DNA from: the human T2T-CHM13v2.0 reference genome, Homo sapiens
Reading direction: 5' to 3' (one strand)
DNA length: 64,000 nucleotides
Assembly (NCBI RefSeq): GCF_009914755.1
Contig: NC_060931.1
Shown here: in pieces, positions 1 through 15,449 of the stretch
Layout: the number at the start of each line of letters is the position of its first letter
How positions within the stretch are numbered: the stretch's first letter is position 1
Position numbers and translations under genes: made by a program
Notes under the pieces: generated by a model
Told to the model about the DNA's origin: nothing
Seen by the model: only the letters and a program-made list of their open reading frames with translations
The model's database searches: none

Positions 1-54
1 TCCAACTAAATATTTATAGTTCTAATAGCCCAAGTTGGGTCTCCACATATATTT

Positions 55-370
<316 letters not shown>

Positions 371-619
371 TCTATCATTGTTTTAAATTTACCAATATTT
401 GTTTTTTACTGAAGAAATACAACAGGATCCTGGTTCCTGCAGGCCATCAATTAGAACCCAGTCTAAGTGATATATTTATTTTTTTTTACACCCAAATGAT
501 ATAAGAAGAGAGAATTGAAAAATATGTGTATATAGGTGTGTGACTCCTACAGTATACTGTTTTACACTATCATTTATAATCTTCTATTTTGTATTAAGGC
601 TTTATGTATACACATATTC

Positions 620-736
620 TCTCGCTTGGACTATAAGCTCCTTGAGGAGTGGAATCCACATCTGATTCCTGCTACCTCCCGAATGCCTAGAATTGTGCTT
701 TATATATACACGTGCTCAACAGACCCCAAATGAATG
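620..736 (+). mobile_element. L2 3' end fragment
   Basis: gactataagctccttgagg...gtgctcaac...aatgaatg resembles the L2 terminus. Confidence 0.6.
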
Positions 737-1894
737 CACAAATTATACTTGCACTATTACTTAAAATGACTCAAACTATGACCTATCCTGTTTGCAGTAG
801 CAATTTCCCTAAGTGATAACTGGGTGATTGTAGGGAAGCTATATTTTCCTTATATAGTAGCAGCCTAAATGACAATTGAGAAATATAGACTATTTGAAAT
901 ACAAACATGCACAGGTTACATTGCATACACACAGACACAGGTTTGAGTGAAACTTAAATGTGAACATGTAAACATGGACAGTTCTATTCCCAAAGTCTGT
1001 GTTCCGCAAAACTAAGGAGCCCTCTCTCCTCAACTGGCTTGATACCTAACAAGCAGGCTGTGTTGCTACCACAAACATTAACTAAAAGGCAGATATGGGA
1101 CAGAGCTTTCACCACGTAGCACTAAATATATTGTTTAATATGTAAGGGTTGCTACATGTTACTAGTTTTACAATTGTTCTTATGTCAGTTAATTGCTTAT
1201 AAGAACAAACAGCACCTTGCCACATGCTCACAGCCACATGTTCTTTGGCTATTTTAATAAGAACTGGACTGGATTTACAGCAAAATAACTTTACTTAGGA
1301 CTTTCTGCCAAAATCTTATCTGATAACCGCCCCCCACACATGGACATCTGGGGACGGCATTTTGAAACACTGTTTTGAAAGAACACGGAGAAGAAGTTTT
1401 CAAGGGCAAAAGAAAGCTTCAAAAGAGGCAGTTACTTTTTAAGTCTGATCAATAGTGAAGAGCATGAACTATAAAATACCTCTTAAAAACTCATTTCAGG
1501 GTGAGGTGCAGTGACATTTACAGCAACACCAAGAACAAAATACTTATAAACAAGCTGGTGGTATTCTGGCTAAGTAGGTGGTATAAACATAAAATTCTGT
1601 TTGTATCTATGTAACTAGGTGGATGGAGATTATCAACCAATTCATCTCTGGTCCTCTTCCTGTATTAGAGTCTTGTACTATTGTACTGGCTCTCTTATTT
1701 TAAGCAACTCTGTGTAATGAAGTTTCTGCAAGCTGCGGGGATTGCCAACTGTACAAATACCTTTTTCCATTCTCCATGTTTCACTTCAGGAAATAATTTC
1801 ATTCTTCTGAAATGTATGGATAGCACTGCCAATCTACAACGCTGCTATGGAAGCCCAAAATACAACAACAACAACTAGCATGATCGCAGCAGGG

Positions 1895-2115
1895 AGTAAT
1901 TACTGAATGCTCACTGTGTCAGGCACCCTGCTGAACGTTGGGTATTTATTATCTCAAATAACTCTCACACTCTATTCTCCCTATTTTACAGGTGAAGAAG
2001 CTGGGACACAGAGTTTAAGTTACTTGATTAAGGTAGTTCAGCTAAGAATGAGTGGTAGGCCTGGGATTCCAAACCAGTTTTTCTAACTCTAACCCAATAC
2101 CCTTATCTCCCATAT
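1895..2115 (-). mobile_element. MIR
   Basis: Core ctattttacaggtgaagaagctgggacacagag...aagttacttg...aaggt. Confidence 0.75.
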
Positions 2116-2339
2116 TGAACCAGTTCCTGCCCTGCTGATTTCATAAATGGAAAATTCAACCTCCCTCAAGAAGGAAAAGACAGAAATCCCTGGACACATA
2201 TAGGGATCTGGGCTGCACCACTCCAACAAGGATGAGTCTAGAAACAGCAGCGTGCTCAGAATCTAGAGAGAAATAACACATTGGTGGAAGTGGGTCTGTG
2301 CAGGGCTGCCTTCGGCACTGAGTTGAATGTGTGGTATGA

Positions 2340-2620
2340 TTAGACAGCTCAAATCCATCTATTTTTTAGTGAGCACCCACTATACACTCACCATTTCCAC
2401 ACACACCACAATTTCAGAGATGAATAACAGAGTCTTTGTCCTTACGGAGTTTGTGGTCTAGTTAGGGAGAGAGACAGGAGGAGGAGGAATTAAAATACTG
2501 CATGAAGAGACCCAATTCTGACCTAAGTACTAATTGTTCAGGGACAAAGGTATGTCTAGACCCAGCCTATGGTGAGGAAGATGAGGGACTTCCAGGAAGG
2601 CTTCCTGAAGGAGAAGGCCT
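2340..2620 (-). mobile_element. L2 fragment
   Basis: tgagcacccactat...gtccttacggagtttgtggtctagttaggg...ggaaggcttcctgaaggag. Confidence 0.6.
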
Positions 2621-3599
2621 GAGGGAGCCCACAGAGTGCGATGGGTGGACAAGCCTGCAGGCCGCAGGGTGGATGAGTGTTCACACGGGAGGCTCGCAGG
2701 AGATGAGGCTGCAGGGCCAGAAAATAGCAATGGCCAATGCTGAATGCTTATGCCGTGCCAGACCCTGTGCAAGTGCACTTTCCTGCCCAACAGCCCAACA
2801 AGCTAGGCATCCTGATACCATCTTACCGAGGCAGCTGGGGCACTGGAAAGCAGTGACTCGTGTGAAGTTGCTCAACAGTTACCATGGTAGGGTAGGGACT
2901 GAGACTCAGAACCTCTCACTCCAAAGCCTGCAGAGAACTGCGGTGCTGTTTGGCCTCTGAGGCTCAGTAAGCATCTGAGGGCAGGAAGGAGCAACACACA
3001 AAGGGTCTAGGTAGAGAAGTAACACGATTCAATCTGTGTCTTAGAATACCACTCTCACCGCTGTGAAAAGTAAGGGGCAGGGGTGGACCAGAGGCACGGA
3101 GACCAGTCAACTGCTCAGCAACAGCATCTTCCTTGTGGTCAAACTTCTCATGCTGATAGCTCCCTCTCCTGCTGCTAGTCACCCTTCACAACCCTGCGGC
3201 ATTCCAAAACAAGGAAGGAATCTATTTGGAACAAGCAATCCATAGCAAATCAGAATGCCCTTTTCCAGTTCCCCACCCAGGTCTCCTTAACAGCATTTAT
3301 CACAGGCCTCAAGAGGCCTTGCAAGTCCTTTTCTGCCTCCACAGGGTGCGCTCTTGGATGAACTGTGCATAATTCCTCTACGTATCCCTGGGATATAGAT
3401 GGCAGTGGTTTCTGAATGATGCCTCCCCCTCTCCACAGATGCCGTTTCTTAATAGTCACCACAGGAATGGTGTCTGCCATGCAGCCAGAAACTCAGGATG
3501 GCCAACTTCGATCCTTTGACACCATCTGGCAACTGAGAGCCCAAAGGAATTCCATTATTAGTGTGAACCAACGTGAGTGGTACTTAGAAGGTATCTGAC

Positions 3600-3810
3600 A
3601 CTCTTCCAAGAACTTTCCGTGTATTCATTCAATTGTCATGACAATCCTATGGGTAGATACAATTAATTATTACCCATTTTCCTGATGGGGAGACTGAGGG
3701 ACAGGCAGGTTAAGTGCCTTGCCCCAAGTCACACAGTAGGTAAGTAAGTGGCAGAGCCAGGATTCAATTCCAGATAATCTCACTCAGAGCCCTTGGTCTT
3801 AATTACTATC
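3600..3810 (-). mobile_element. MIR
   Basis: cccattttcctgatggggagactgagg...caagtcacacag...gtggcagagccaggattc. Confidence 0.8.
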
Positions 3811-4529
3811 CTCTGTTCAATGCTTCTCACAAGAAAAACTAAAGAAAAGAGATCCATGTTCCAGAACCATACCTACTACCTGCTATGAAACAAGCAGGTA
3901 TAAACTCTCTGCAGGGCTTATGTATTTATTACCAGAAGGGAATAAACACAGATCTAAAAAGCACATATTTTCAAAAGCCTGATGCTGGTAGAAGTCACAG
4001 TGGAAGCAGGAGCCACAAGCTCCGAACAGAGCCAGCCAGGTAAGACAGGCACAGAGAACAAGTTAATAATGGCCTAAATATAAAGACATAGCTTCAAATC
4101 CAACCTACTATTAATTAATTTATGTATTGCCACTAGGGAGGAGGCAGTTAGTATTAAGTTAGATTAAATTATGGAGAAGCTTCAGCATTGCTATGACTAT
4201 TTCAACAGTAATTATTAAGTTGCTATGCCTTCCTTCCCTAATAAAAAACCCTTTATTCTGATTCTCAGAATGCTTCGCTGTTCACCTGTTGCCAGCTTCT
4301 TTTGACAGGCATGACAGGCTTTTAAGATTAGACTAAAGACACTTTTCAAAGAGAAAAAGGAAATCTGATTTCTAAATCCTAGTAGGCTTCTCATCCTAAC
4401 TCGCTCTGTGAAGAATATTTGCCACCCTTCTTCTTCTCCAAAGGGTTTTGGATTTCCTTGTTATGCTGAGTGTTACACTTGCAAAGACTGACAGTCCTGG
4501 AAGGAAACTGTAGACGTCGAGTGCTGGAG

Positions 4530-4710
4530 CACTAAATTAGGAGTCCAAAGACCTGGGCTCGGGCCCCAGACTTACCACTTGTGAGTATGGATTTGCCCTC
4601 AGTTTACATATTTATAAAATAGAGGCACCTCCCAGACTACCTCCCAGAGCGGCTGGAGGCTCAAATGAGATAACATACATGACAGTTGTTTGGAAACTGT
4701 ACCAACACAT
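4530..4710 (+). mobile_element. MIR
   Basis: ggagtccaaagacctgggctc...ctcagtttac...tataaaat...aaatgagataa. Confidence 0.65.
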
Positions 4711-5058
4711 AAATATGAATGACTTGGTGAACTGGCTAATTAATTAGGTCAAGGTAGACCTGAAGTGAGGGGCTGAGTCACTGCCCCACTGCCCAGCACT
4801 GAAGATCAGGGGCCTGGTACTAGTTGTTTTGCTTCACCATCAGAGACAAATTTCCCGGTTGCCTGTAGTGACCTTGGTTTAGATTTTGTCACAAAACACT
4901 GATTTTGTATCCTCCTGTCAGTGCCTGAAGACCTCAAGGGCCATCAACCCACTCCATCTATGAAGCTGCCAAGTTTTTCATGGAAACACCAAAGGAAACT
5001 CTTTGCAAGGGCATATTCCTTCTTCTGTGCATCAGCCAGAGGCCCAGGGAACAGTTAG

Positions 5059-5481
5059 TGCCATGAGGTGAACTGTGTCCCCCAGAGCTGATCCACTGAA
5101 GTTCTAACCCCTGGTACATCAAAATGTATTTCATTTGGAAAAAGGGTCATTGCAGATATAATTAGTTAAGATGAGTCATTAGGATGGACCTCTAATCCAG
5201 TGTGATTGGTGTCCCTATAAAAAGGAAACGTGTGGACACACAGACAGACATGCATACAAGGAGAACTTCCTATGAAGACTGGAGTTATGCTGACAAGAAA
5301 CTACCAGAAGCTGGGAAAAGGACCTGGTATCGACCCTTCCCTAGCACCTTTAGAGGGAGCACAACCCTGCCAACACCTTGATGCCAACAATTCTAGTCCC
5401 CAGAAGTGGGAGACAATAAATTCCTACTGTATCAGCCACTCAGTTTATGGTACAGTTATTGTAGTCCCAGGAAACCATATA
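5059..5481 (+). mobile_element. MaLR solo LTR (MLT1B/C-like)
   Basis: Starts tg...gaactgtgtccccc; contains ttggaaaaagggtcattgcagatataattagttaagatgag and gagacaataaattcc; ends ggaaaccatata. Confidence 0.85.
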
Positions 5482-5681
5482 TTTAGGATTTGCTTTTCCT
5501 GTTTCCCTACACTCAATAATTCGTTCATTTAATCATATTTACTGAGGATCCACTAAACGACTAGGCCTTGGACACAAGGTTGAAGAAGACATCTATATCC
5601 TGCCCTTAAAGAACTTAGAGCAGGGTAGGAGGTAACAGCCCTATGGACAAACATGATAAAGTGGTGTGGAGGTATGTTTAG

Positions 5682-6186
<505 letters not shown>

Positions 6187-7949
6187 TGACCAAGGTGTCA
6201 AAATATGAGGAAGGCTAACAGACAGAAATACTCACTACAGTATTTTTACTGCAGTCTAGGAAACATAACACCTGCCACCCCTCACCCCAAACCCCACCGA
6301 GATTCTGACTCAGTAGATCCGGGGTGGGGAGAGAACATGTATGCCCTTAAAAAATTCTACAGGAGATTTTACTGTCCGGTCCCCCGTGGATTCTGTTGGT
6401 GCTTCCCAACATTTTCACATCATAGCACATAGAGTCAATAATAATATGTGTACAACACATTGAATTAAAGTAGAGATAACCTCACAACATTTATGCAGCA
6501 ACCGGTGAGAAGAATCTATTTTTATTCTTTATATCACATTGTTATGGTAAGAGAAATAAAATACTAGGAAAGATCTTAGCAAGAATTTTTATAAATATTC
6601 CAAGCACAATTTCTTAAAATCACTGACTTCAAGAACTTTACATAAGTTCCGTAAGGAGCCATATAAGTGATGCTCAAATATAATTTGAACTGTTACAATG
6701 TTTTGAATGGTTGTAGGAAATGTTCAATGTTTTAACGCAGAAAGAACTTTACAGCTGTGAATATCTGGTGGCAATGTGAAACTCATTCACAGCATATAGT
6801 TTAGTAAGCTCTTGGTTATGTTATGCTATCCCAGCTTTTAATTTGGAGTAGAACAAAATTTCACAGACTCAAAAGATGCAGCCACAGCCCTGTATCCTGT
6901 TACAGTGAAATCCCAAGCCAAATGTGAAATAGAAAATCGAGACAGACACAACTCAGAGACATGTGACTTCTAGAAGGTTGAAGTTAACAAACAAAATGAA
7001 CAAGCACCTCCTACATGGAAAGCCTGACAACCAGAACAGAAGGTTTAAGGAAAGGATTTTTCAAAGACTTGGCTTTTTAAGCTATAGAGGTGGATTCTGA
7101 GAACTTGCCCTAAGTTCTTTAGGTACACAGTCATGGAATGCCAGAAAATTCCTGTAAGGTGTTGGTAAGAGGCCAGTGCTACTCAAGCCAGGCCAGTTTT
7201 CTTGGTTAAAAAGGTGCAGTTAGAATATGTTGAGTTAATTCCAATAAGACTGTCAATTCAACTTTTACAGGATTGTATTATGGCCCTAAGATCAAATTAG
7301 ATGTTTTCAATAACACATGCCTTAACAACAGGAAGCCTTCATTAGTATCAGGCATAGACTAAACTAAAAAAGAAAAAGAAATCCTGGTTTTTAGTACAAA
7401 TGTTCATATACAGTAAGTTCAGCAGTTACTGTGACTGCTCCCTGAGAAAGAAAATGCAAGGTTCTGATGTTAGGTGCTTGACAGATACTTTACATATAGT
7501 TCTCTTAACCTATGACTTCCAGAGTTTTGACCACAGATGACAATAAGAAATAATTTCTAGTATCTTCATCAGTATACCTACATGTTTAAAATGAAAAAGT
7601 TTCACAAAACACTCTTTTCTAATTTCTTTTATTATAAAAATAATACTTGTTACTGGTCAATATTAATATATAACCTCTTATTGGGTTTACAGTCAGAAAA
7701 AAGACTACAGTCAGAAAAATACCAGTTAGCTAAATTATACTACATCTGCAGAGCAAAATATGTGGCGGTCATTAGAAACAATGAGGCAGTTCTACTTCTA
7801 CTCACATGGAATGATTTTCAAGGTATATGATTAAATGAAATAAAATTAATTTAAAAATATTAGGATTACCTTCTTAATGATGTTCAAGCATTTTTTCCCT
7901 CTTCTTTGTAAACAGGACATGAAAACAGAATTTCGTAAATGCTACTGCC

Positions 7950-8125
7950 CATAAACATCATCTGGGGAGCTCAGTGAAATTCCTGGACCTCATCCTCAGA
8001 GACTCTGATGTGATGTTCAGAATCCAGTATTTTTGGTATGTACCACCCCCCACCAACAGACACATATGCACATGCAACAATTCCAACAAAGGTACTCTGA
8101 GGACCACACTTCGAGAACCATTTCT
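7950..8125. mobile_element. MER5-type hAT-Charlie MITE
   Basis: catcatctggggagct...cctcagagactctgat...ggaccacacttcgagaacca. Confidence 0.6.
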
Positions 8126-8959
8126 AAAGCCTCAGTGACACTCAGTCTTTCAGAGCCAGGTGAGCAGTAACATATTCCCTGAGGCTCGCTGAGGAGCCTC
8201 CACTTTAAAATAAAGACTTAGGGAGCACTGACCACCAGGAGTCAGAAATAAGTTCTAAAGGCAATGGAGGAGGTGACTCCATGAGTACTTCCCAAATACT
8301 CAAGGCCCTTCTACCGTGCGCACCTTTCCTTTGTCCTGCCATTTTTAGCTCCCAGCACAAAGGACGCTGCAGTAAGACATCAAGTATAGGAGGCCTTGCT
8401 GTTGAACTTATGTTGCTCACTGTATCTGTCCCTTGGAGCCAGAGTATGTCTCAGCAGGCCACCCAGGGCCCTGCTAGCCCATGCGGCCCTTTCGTCAAAA
8501 GAGGTACCACTACTTCTGGGTAGGACAACAACCTAGCATGAGATGCAGGGTATGGCCAGCAGAGAGCAGGCTGGATTTCAGCACCCTTTCCCCAACCCAG
8601 GCATTCATGCACAGTGACAACGTGCACAACCACACCAGATGCAATCCAATTCACTGTCAACCCTGCCTAGAGCTTCTTCTGTGTTCTGGGGATAGAAAGT
8701 ATGGGCATTGTGTTGGAGCAGAAAGAGCATTGTACTGGGAGTCAGGAGAGCTTTCAGTCTCTACCCTGCCTCCAACCAGCTACTGAGATCGTCACTGGGC
8801 CACACTGCTCTGCAGTCTCTGAGAGAGAGAATGAAGAGTTTTGTTTAAGCCTAGGTCCAACCCTCTGGGTCTAGTCTCACCTTCCACAACTCTCATCTCC
8901 TTCTCTATACTGCAGATTGACTCAAACACTTCTACTTCCAAAAGTCATCAGACTTTCTC

Positions 8960-9765
8960 TGTGATGCCTCTAGCCTTGTAGTGCTGTTCCCTGCTCAGGA
9001 AGCCCTTCCTGATACTTGTGTGTCTTCAGAACTCATCCATGTCCTTCAAGTTTAAGTTCCAGCAAATTTAACTTTGATTTTAAAAGGCTGGAATAGAAAT
9101 AGTAATTTCTATGGCCCTTTGTCTCTGGTGAAGCCTTCTCTGACTCCCTCAAGTACTGCTTCCAACCACTACACCTTGAACATATACACCCTCCTTAGAC
9201 AAAGCATCACACTGTATTATAGCTCCTGGCCGGTGTGCCTGTCTTCCCATTCCATGCAGGTACACAACCTTTGGAGATGATGTTCCATTGACTATACAGT
9301 CCCAGGTTTAGAAGGCTCAGTATTCACGGAAGGAATTAATAAATGGGAAAACTGTTTCTTCTACCCTCTAGCAGTTACTACAGTGTCCCTCTGATCAAAG
9401 AGACGGATGGACCTACGCCCAGTCTTTGGAGCTATAGACAGATCCTTTAAGTAGAAGAGAAAATGATACTATCCATAAAAGGAATTTATGGTATATTCTT
9501 TTCATCAATGCAGCCAGACTGCAGGTCTTAAAGAGGGTCCTTTTACGGATAATATCATTTTCTCCTTACATATAAGCTCCTCCTTATATACCGTAAGCCA
9601 GGTCATGTTTATTATTTTATTATCTGTCTTTCCTCTTAAAATGTAAGCTCTAGCAGATCAAAATCAATTTTCATTTCGTGCTGAATCCTCACCACCTAAA
9701 ACAGTACCTGGAGCCTAGAAGGTGCTCTGTAAAACATTGTTGAATGATGGAATAAATGAACAAAT
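8960..9765 (+). mobile_element. L2 fragments (two 3'-end pieces)
   Basis: gaagccttctctgact...; aatgtaagctc...aacagtacctgg...ttgttgaatgatggaataaatgaa. Confidence 0.6.
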
Positions 9766-11384
9766 AAGCCCATGAAAATGAAAGTTGCTGGGTGGGTGTG
9801 TTAAGAGGAGGGAAAGAACTAGGAACAGGTTCTGCATTTGCAGCATGTTTACAAATTGCTTTATAATCACTAATTAGATTTTCTAAGCCACATTCTCTCC
9901 ATTGCAGGCAGTGCTATCCTCCCAATTTTAAGATAAGGGAATTCAAACCCAAGGTCACACAGCATATCAGCTTCAAGTTCAATGCTTAGCCCCTAGCCAG
10001 TAATAGGAATAAGATTAAAGATACTGCTGATCTCCAAAAGGTTGACATATTAGAGAAAATAAGAGTTGAAGGCATGAGACCCACAAAGCTTTGCACATAT
10101 TCTCAGCACACTGCATCGAAAGAGAAACAGACAGTTCTGTCTGGAATTGTAAGTTCTCAGTGTGTATACACTGCATTATTCAGTCATCAATTTCCAAGGT
10201 CCTGAGAGGCAGACATTTGCAGGAAACAATGGGAGCAGCAGTCTCGCTCCAGAGTCTCAGGCCCTGCCTGCCAATCAGCAGTGACACCACTCTGTCACCA
10301 GGAGGCTGGGGCTCGCTCACTGCCAGGGGTCTGTACAGGCTCTTTACAGAGCAGCTGGAGAGGAAAGAGAAAAGGAAATAAAACCTAACTTAAAAATAAT
10401 TAAATCAAACACACAATAGGCTGACATCAAAAATAAATATATTTAATCACAGTTTAATCACAGTATAATCATCTAGCAGCAAATATGCTCATTTATATTA
10501 TACATGAGACTCCAAATTAAATTTTTAAAAAAGGAAAATGGACAGATGGATAAAGACTCCTAATTTTCCGATTTCAGCCTTTTTAAATCAAAGGTAAATC
10601 TGCTGGAAAATGGCACTTGGCTTCCAGTATTATTACTCATATTCCAAGAAGGGAAAGTAAAATGTAAATTTTGATGAAACTTAAAATTAATTTTGGTTGG
10701 ACTTTTTCAATTTACTTTTTACTTACAGTTAGGAGATGAGATCACTCTCCTCTTCTGTTTTAAAAATCATTTTCTACAGAACTATCCAAACACGTTCAAT
10801 ACTGCTAGATCTAATGACAGAGGTCATAGTGAGTTTGCATCACTGAACAAGGAATAAAGAAACCAAGAGATCAAAGCATGATTTAGGCTGATAGAAAAAT
10901 TAAAAAAATAAACCTAGAGAGCTCCCATCCTTGATCCCTTCTAAACCGGATCCACATTTCCAGCAAGTAGAAGGACAAAGGAAAAGGTAACTAAAATGTC
11001 CAGGGCAGTAAAAAGTCTGTGAGTCAAGGTTCACATGTATACTCTTTGCTTTTCCGGGTACTGAGGGTATGAAACTAAGAGGTCATGCCTCCCAAAATAC
11101 TGGAGGTAAATATGAAAACACGCCTAAGCACATACTGAAATGGAGACCAGGAAAATCCAAAGATAAGAATAAATTATATGCTGACTCTGCAGCTTAATCA
11201 TCAACCACTTAATCTTACCCCTAAGTAACGTCACATGAAGCATTTTTAAATATTTAGCACCATAGTTTCTTGTAGGCATCCAACAAATAATAACAAGAGG
11301 GAGAAGGGTTTGGTAACAATTCATCCTCAAAGAGCACAGAAAGTGACTGGAAGCTTTCTCATATCACTTAACAGCTACTGAGAA

Positions 11385-11747
11385 ACAATTTATATAAAAT
11401 CAGAGTCATCCATTTTTATGTGTGTAGTTTGATGGGTTCTGGCAAATGCATATAGTTGGGTAACCACCACCACAATAAAAAAAAAAACAGAACATTTGCA
11501 GCACCCCAATAACGTTCCCTTGTGCTTCTTCGTACAATCTCCTTCCCCCATTCCAGGACGCTGGCAACCACTTTGCTGTTTTCTGTCCCTATAGTCTTGC
11601 CTTTTCTAGAATTTCATAAAGTAAAATCAAACTGTACGTAGCCTTTGTGTGTGACTTCTTTCACTCAGTATGATGGGTTTGAGAGTCATGCATGTTGCTA
11701 TGTGGATGAGGAGTTTGTTCCTTTTTATTGCTGAGTAGTATTCCATT
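11385..11747 (-). mobile_element. Old L1 (L1MB/MC-like) 3' fragment
   Basis: taaccaccaccacaat...ctggcaaccact...ttgccttttctagaatttcat...ttttattgctgagtagtattccatt. Confidence 0.85.
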
Positions 11748-12482
11748 TCTCCATGTCAATTTTCTACTCTTCCTAGAAGCCTTAAGATAAGCCCCATGCT
11801 ACTATTCTAAATACTGTTTATTGACTTTCCTTGATTTTGTCTTTGGCAGAAATGTCAACACAGCTGTGGCCACTTGGCCAGGAACAAAAATAGCACCTGT
11901 CAGGAGGGTCAAGCTAGGCAAGCCAACAAGAATTTAAACAAAGAGTTGGAAATGCCTAGCCATACTAAGGAGCAGAAGCCAGCAGATGACAGGCCACCAT
12001 CTTGAAGAAACCTCTTGACTGTAAAAGATCAGAACAACATTAAATTAAGGAAAACCGTTTCCCCATTGATCGATTGATCAGTAAGTATTTCCATTTAGGG
12101 AACAGTGATATACCAGATGATCTGTAACTTGTCCCACTGTGAGGGTGACATGAGCTATCCCATGGCACTTGAAGATTCAGGGTGTTCTGGTGTAACACAG
12201 GAGTGAATCTTCAGATAACTGAAATTTATCTTATTAAGTACTGTAAGTACTAATTAAGTATTAAAAGGTGCTAATTCTATGCCTTCTTAAACAGAGTCTA
12301 CTGAATATAATCAAGTGTTTACTTGATGAGGCAGAGTGATCATTATCAACAGTCTGACTGCATGATAAGCCCTTAAATAGAGTTGTCCTCAGGGATGGCA
12401 GACAATTGTCTCCCTATTCCAAATGGTCCCAGAGTATTGCCATTTAAAAATAGAAGTTCTGATCTTCTTCCTATAATGTTAA

Positions 12483-13095
<613 letters not shown>

Positions 13096-13328
13096 CACTA
13101 TTTTCTCTTTTTATATAAAAAAATTATAAAATATGTCCTTCATACAGAAAAGCCCAAAGAATAAGTATCCAAGTACTCACCTTCTGATTCAGCAACTGTA
13201 CACACTTAACATACTTCTTTCAGATCACTTTTCCTCTACTAGTAAAAACAATTTTTTTTTTTTTTTACATTATGAAAGTTTAGCTACCTTCCAAGACATC
13301 TGGAAAATAGAGAAAAGAAATCACTCTT

Positions 13329-13693
13329 GGCTGGGTATAGTGGGCCATGCCTGTAATCCCAGCACTTTGGGAGGCCAAGGCGAGTGGATAGCTTAAGCCC
13401 AGGAGCTCAAGACCAGCCTGGGCAACACGGCAAAACCCCATCTCTACCAAAAAAAAAAAAGTATATATACATATATATATACACACAAAAAAAAATTAGC
13501 CAGGTGTGTTGACACATACCTGTAGTGTCAGCTACCTGGGAGTGGGCTGGGGGGAGGGCGGACAGGGAGGCTGAGGTGGAAGGATCACCTGAACATGGGG
13601 AGATTGAGGCTGCAGTGAGCACTGATTGCACCACTACACCCCAGCCTGAGTGACAAAGTGAGACCCTGTCTCAAAAAAAAGGAAAAGAAAAGA
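13329..13693 (+). mobile_element. AluJ with expanded (TA) linker and G-rich insertion
   Basis: Forward Alu; TSD aaaagaaatcactctt at 13313-13328 and 13694-13709. Confidence 0.95.
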
Positions 13694-13716
13694 AAAAGAA
13701 ATCACTCTTAACATAG

Positions 13717-14170
<454 letters not shown>

Positions 14171-15449
14171 TAGAGGCCGCATAGCAGAGCAAGTGAATGT
14201 ACCCATTATTGAACCAATCCTCTCTCATCATTACTCACTTAGGATATTTCCAATTATTTGCTATTGTAAATAGACTCCAGGGAATATCTTTAAGCATACG
14301 GTTTAGTCTTTGGACTTTTAATCTACTGAGAAGGCGTATCTGAGTATTTCTTGACTTGACTTGTTATCATCAGAGTGAGGCCTAAGAAACTGTTGCATTC
14401 ATTCATTCATTTATCCATCCATCTATTCATTTATTTGAAACACATTTACCAAGTTCCTTCTTAAGGTTAGAGATCTTTTTTAATGAAATAAATTAAAATG
14501 CATGGTTGCTGCACTCAATAAGCTCATGAACTAGCTGTGAAGACAAACTCACTGCACTTGAAACAATCAGACAGCAACAAAGGAACGAGGCAGGATTCAC
14601 TGATTCACTGCTGAGTGAATGACACATGCAACTCAGGGTCTGGAGGAGGAAAACCTCCTTGCGGTTTACGCAGTCAGAAATGGGCAGCTGAGGAGTCCTT
14701 AAGGATAGGCGAGGTTTCTACTTACGTTGGCTTTACTTATCTATTTTACTGCTCTCATATTAACGAAGAGATGGTACTCAAATCTTTCCCCCAATCCAAA
14801 GTCAAGTAGAGCAAAAATAACTCTTTGTCTCCTGGCATTACGTGCTGTCCCCATCATTTTTGGTGAAGGAATCAGGATGGTGGGCCACCTTTCCTGTGCT
14901 ACCAGGGAGCATTCACACATAGGCTGGGCTGCAGAGCCTGTAAACAGCCTCCTCTCCTCAAGCAGCCCAATTTCTCATATCTTAGCAATTGAACCAGACA
15001 ACTATATCCCCTTTCTTGCTCTGTCAACAAATGCATGAAAAGCCTCTTTTTTTCTTAATGCCTATCAGACTGGAAAAAGTGCCAAAGAAGTATGTCGCCA
15101 GTGTCAAGAAAGACGTCCATGGAGAAAGAAAGGGCAACAGTTCACCTATTTTTTTCCCTCTGAAGATCAAAATGTAAACAGGCAGGCAAAGGCAGGCAAG
15201 CAGAAAGGCCTGGGTCAAACTCAAAGGTCCCCACCCCACCCCCAGTCTCTCTGCTCTATGAGACCCTGTCTTTTTGGGCTATCGCAAGTCCTCCTTGGCA
15301 TGCCTCCCTCACCGGTGAACTTCTCAGTGTCAGAAATAGGGAGGTGCATCCAGTTGGTAAAAGCACAGAAATAAAGAGGCAATGGGAAAGCCTGAACCCA
15401 CAGGTTCAACTAGATTCCCACACAAGCACACATTGATCTTCAATTTGAA

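Noticed and set aside
7688-10470. Small tandem duplications (18-bp unit at 7688-7720; 11-bp tttaatcacag at 10442-10463)
   Set aside because: Ordinary slippage products with only 2-3 units and no spacers.
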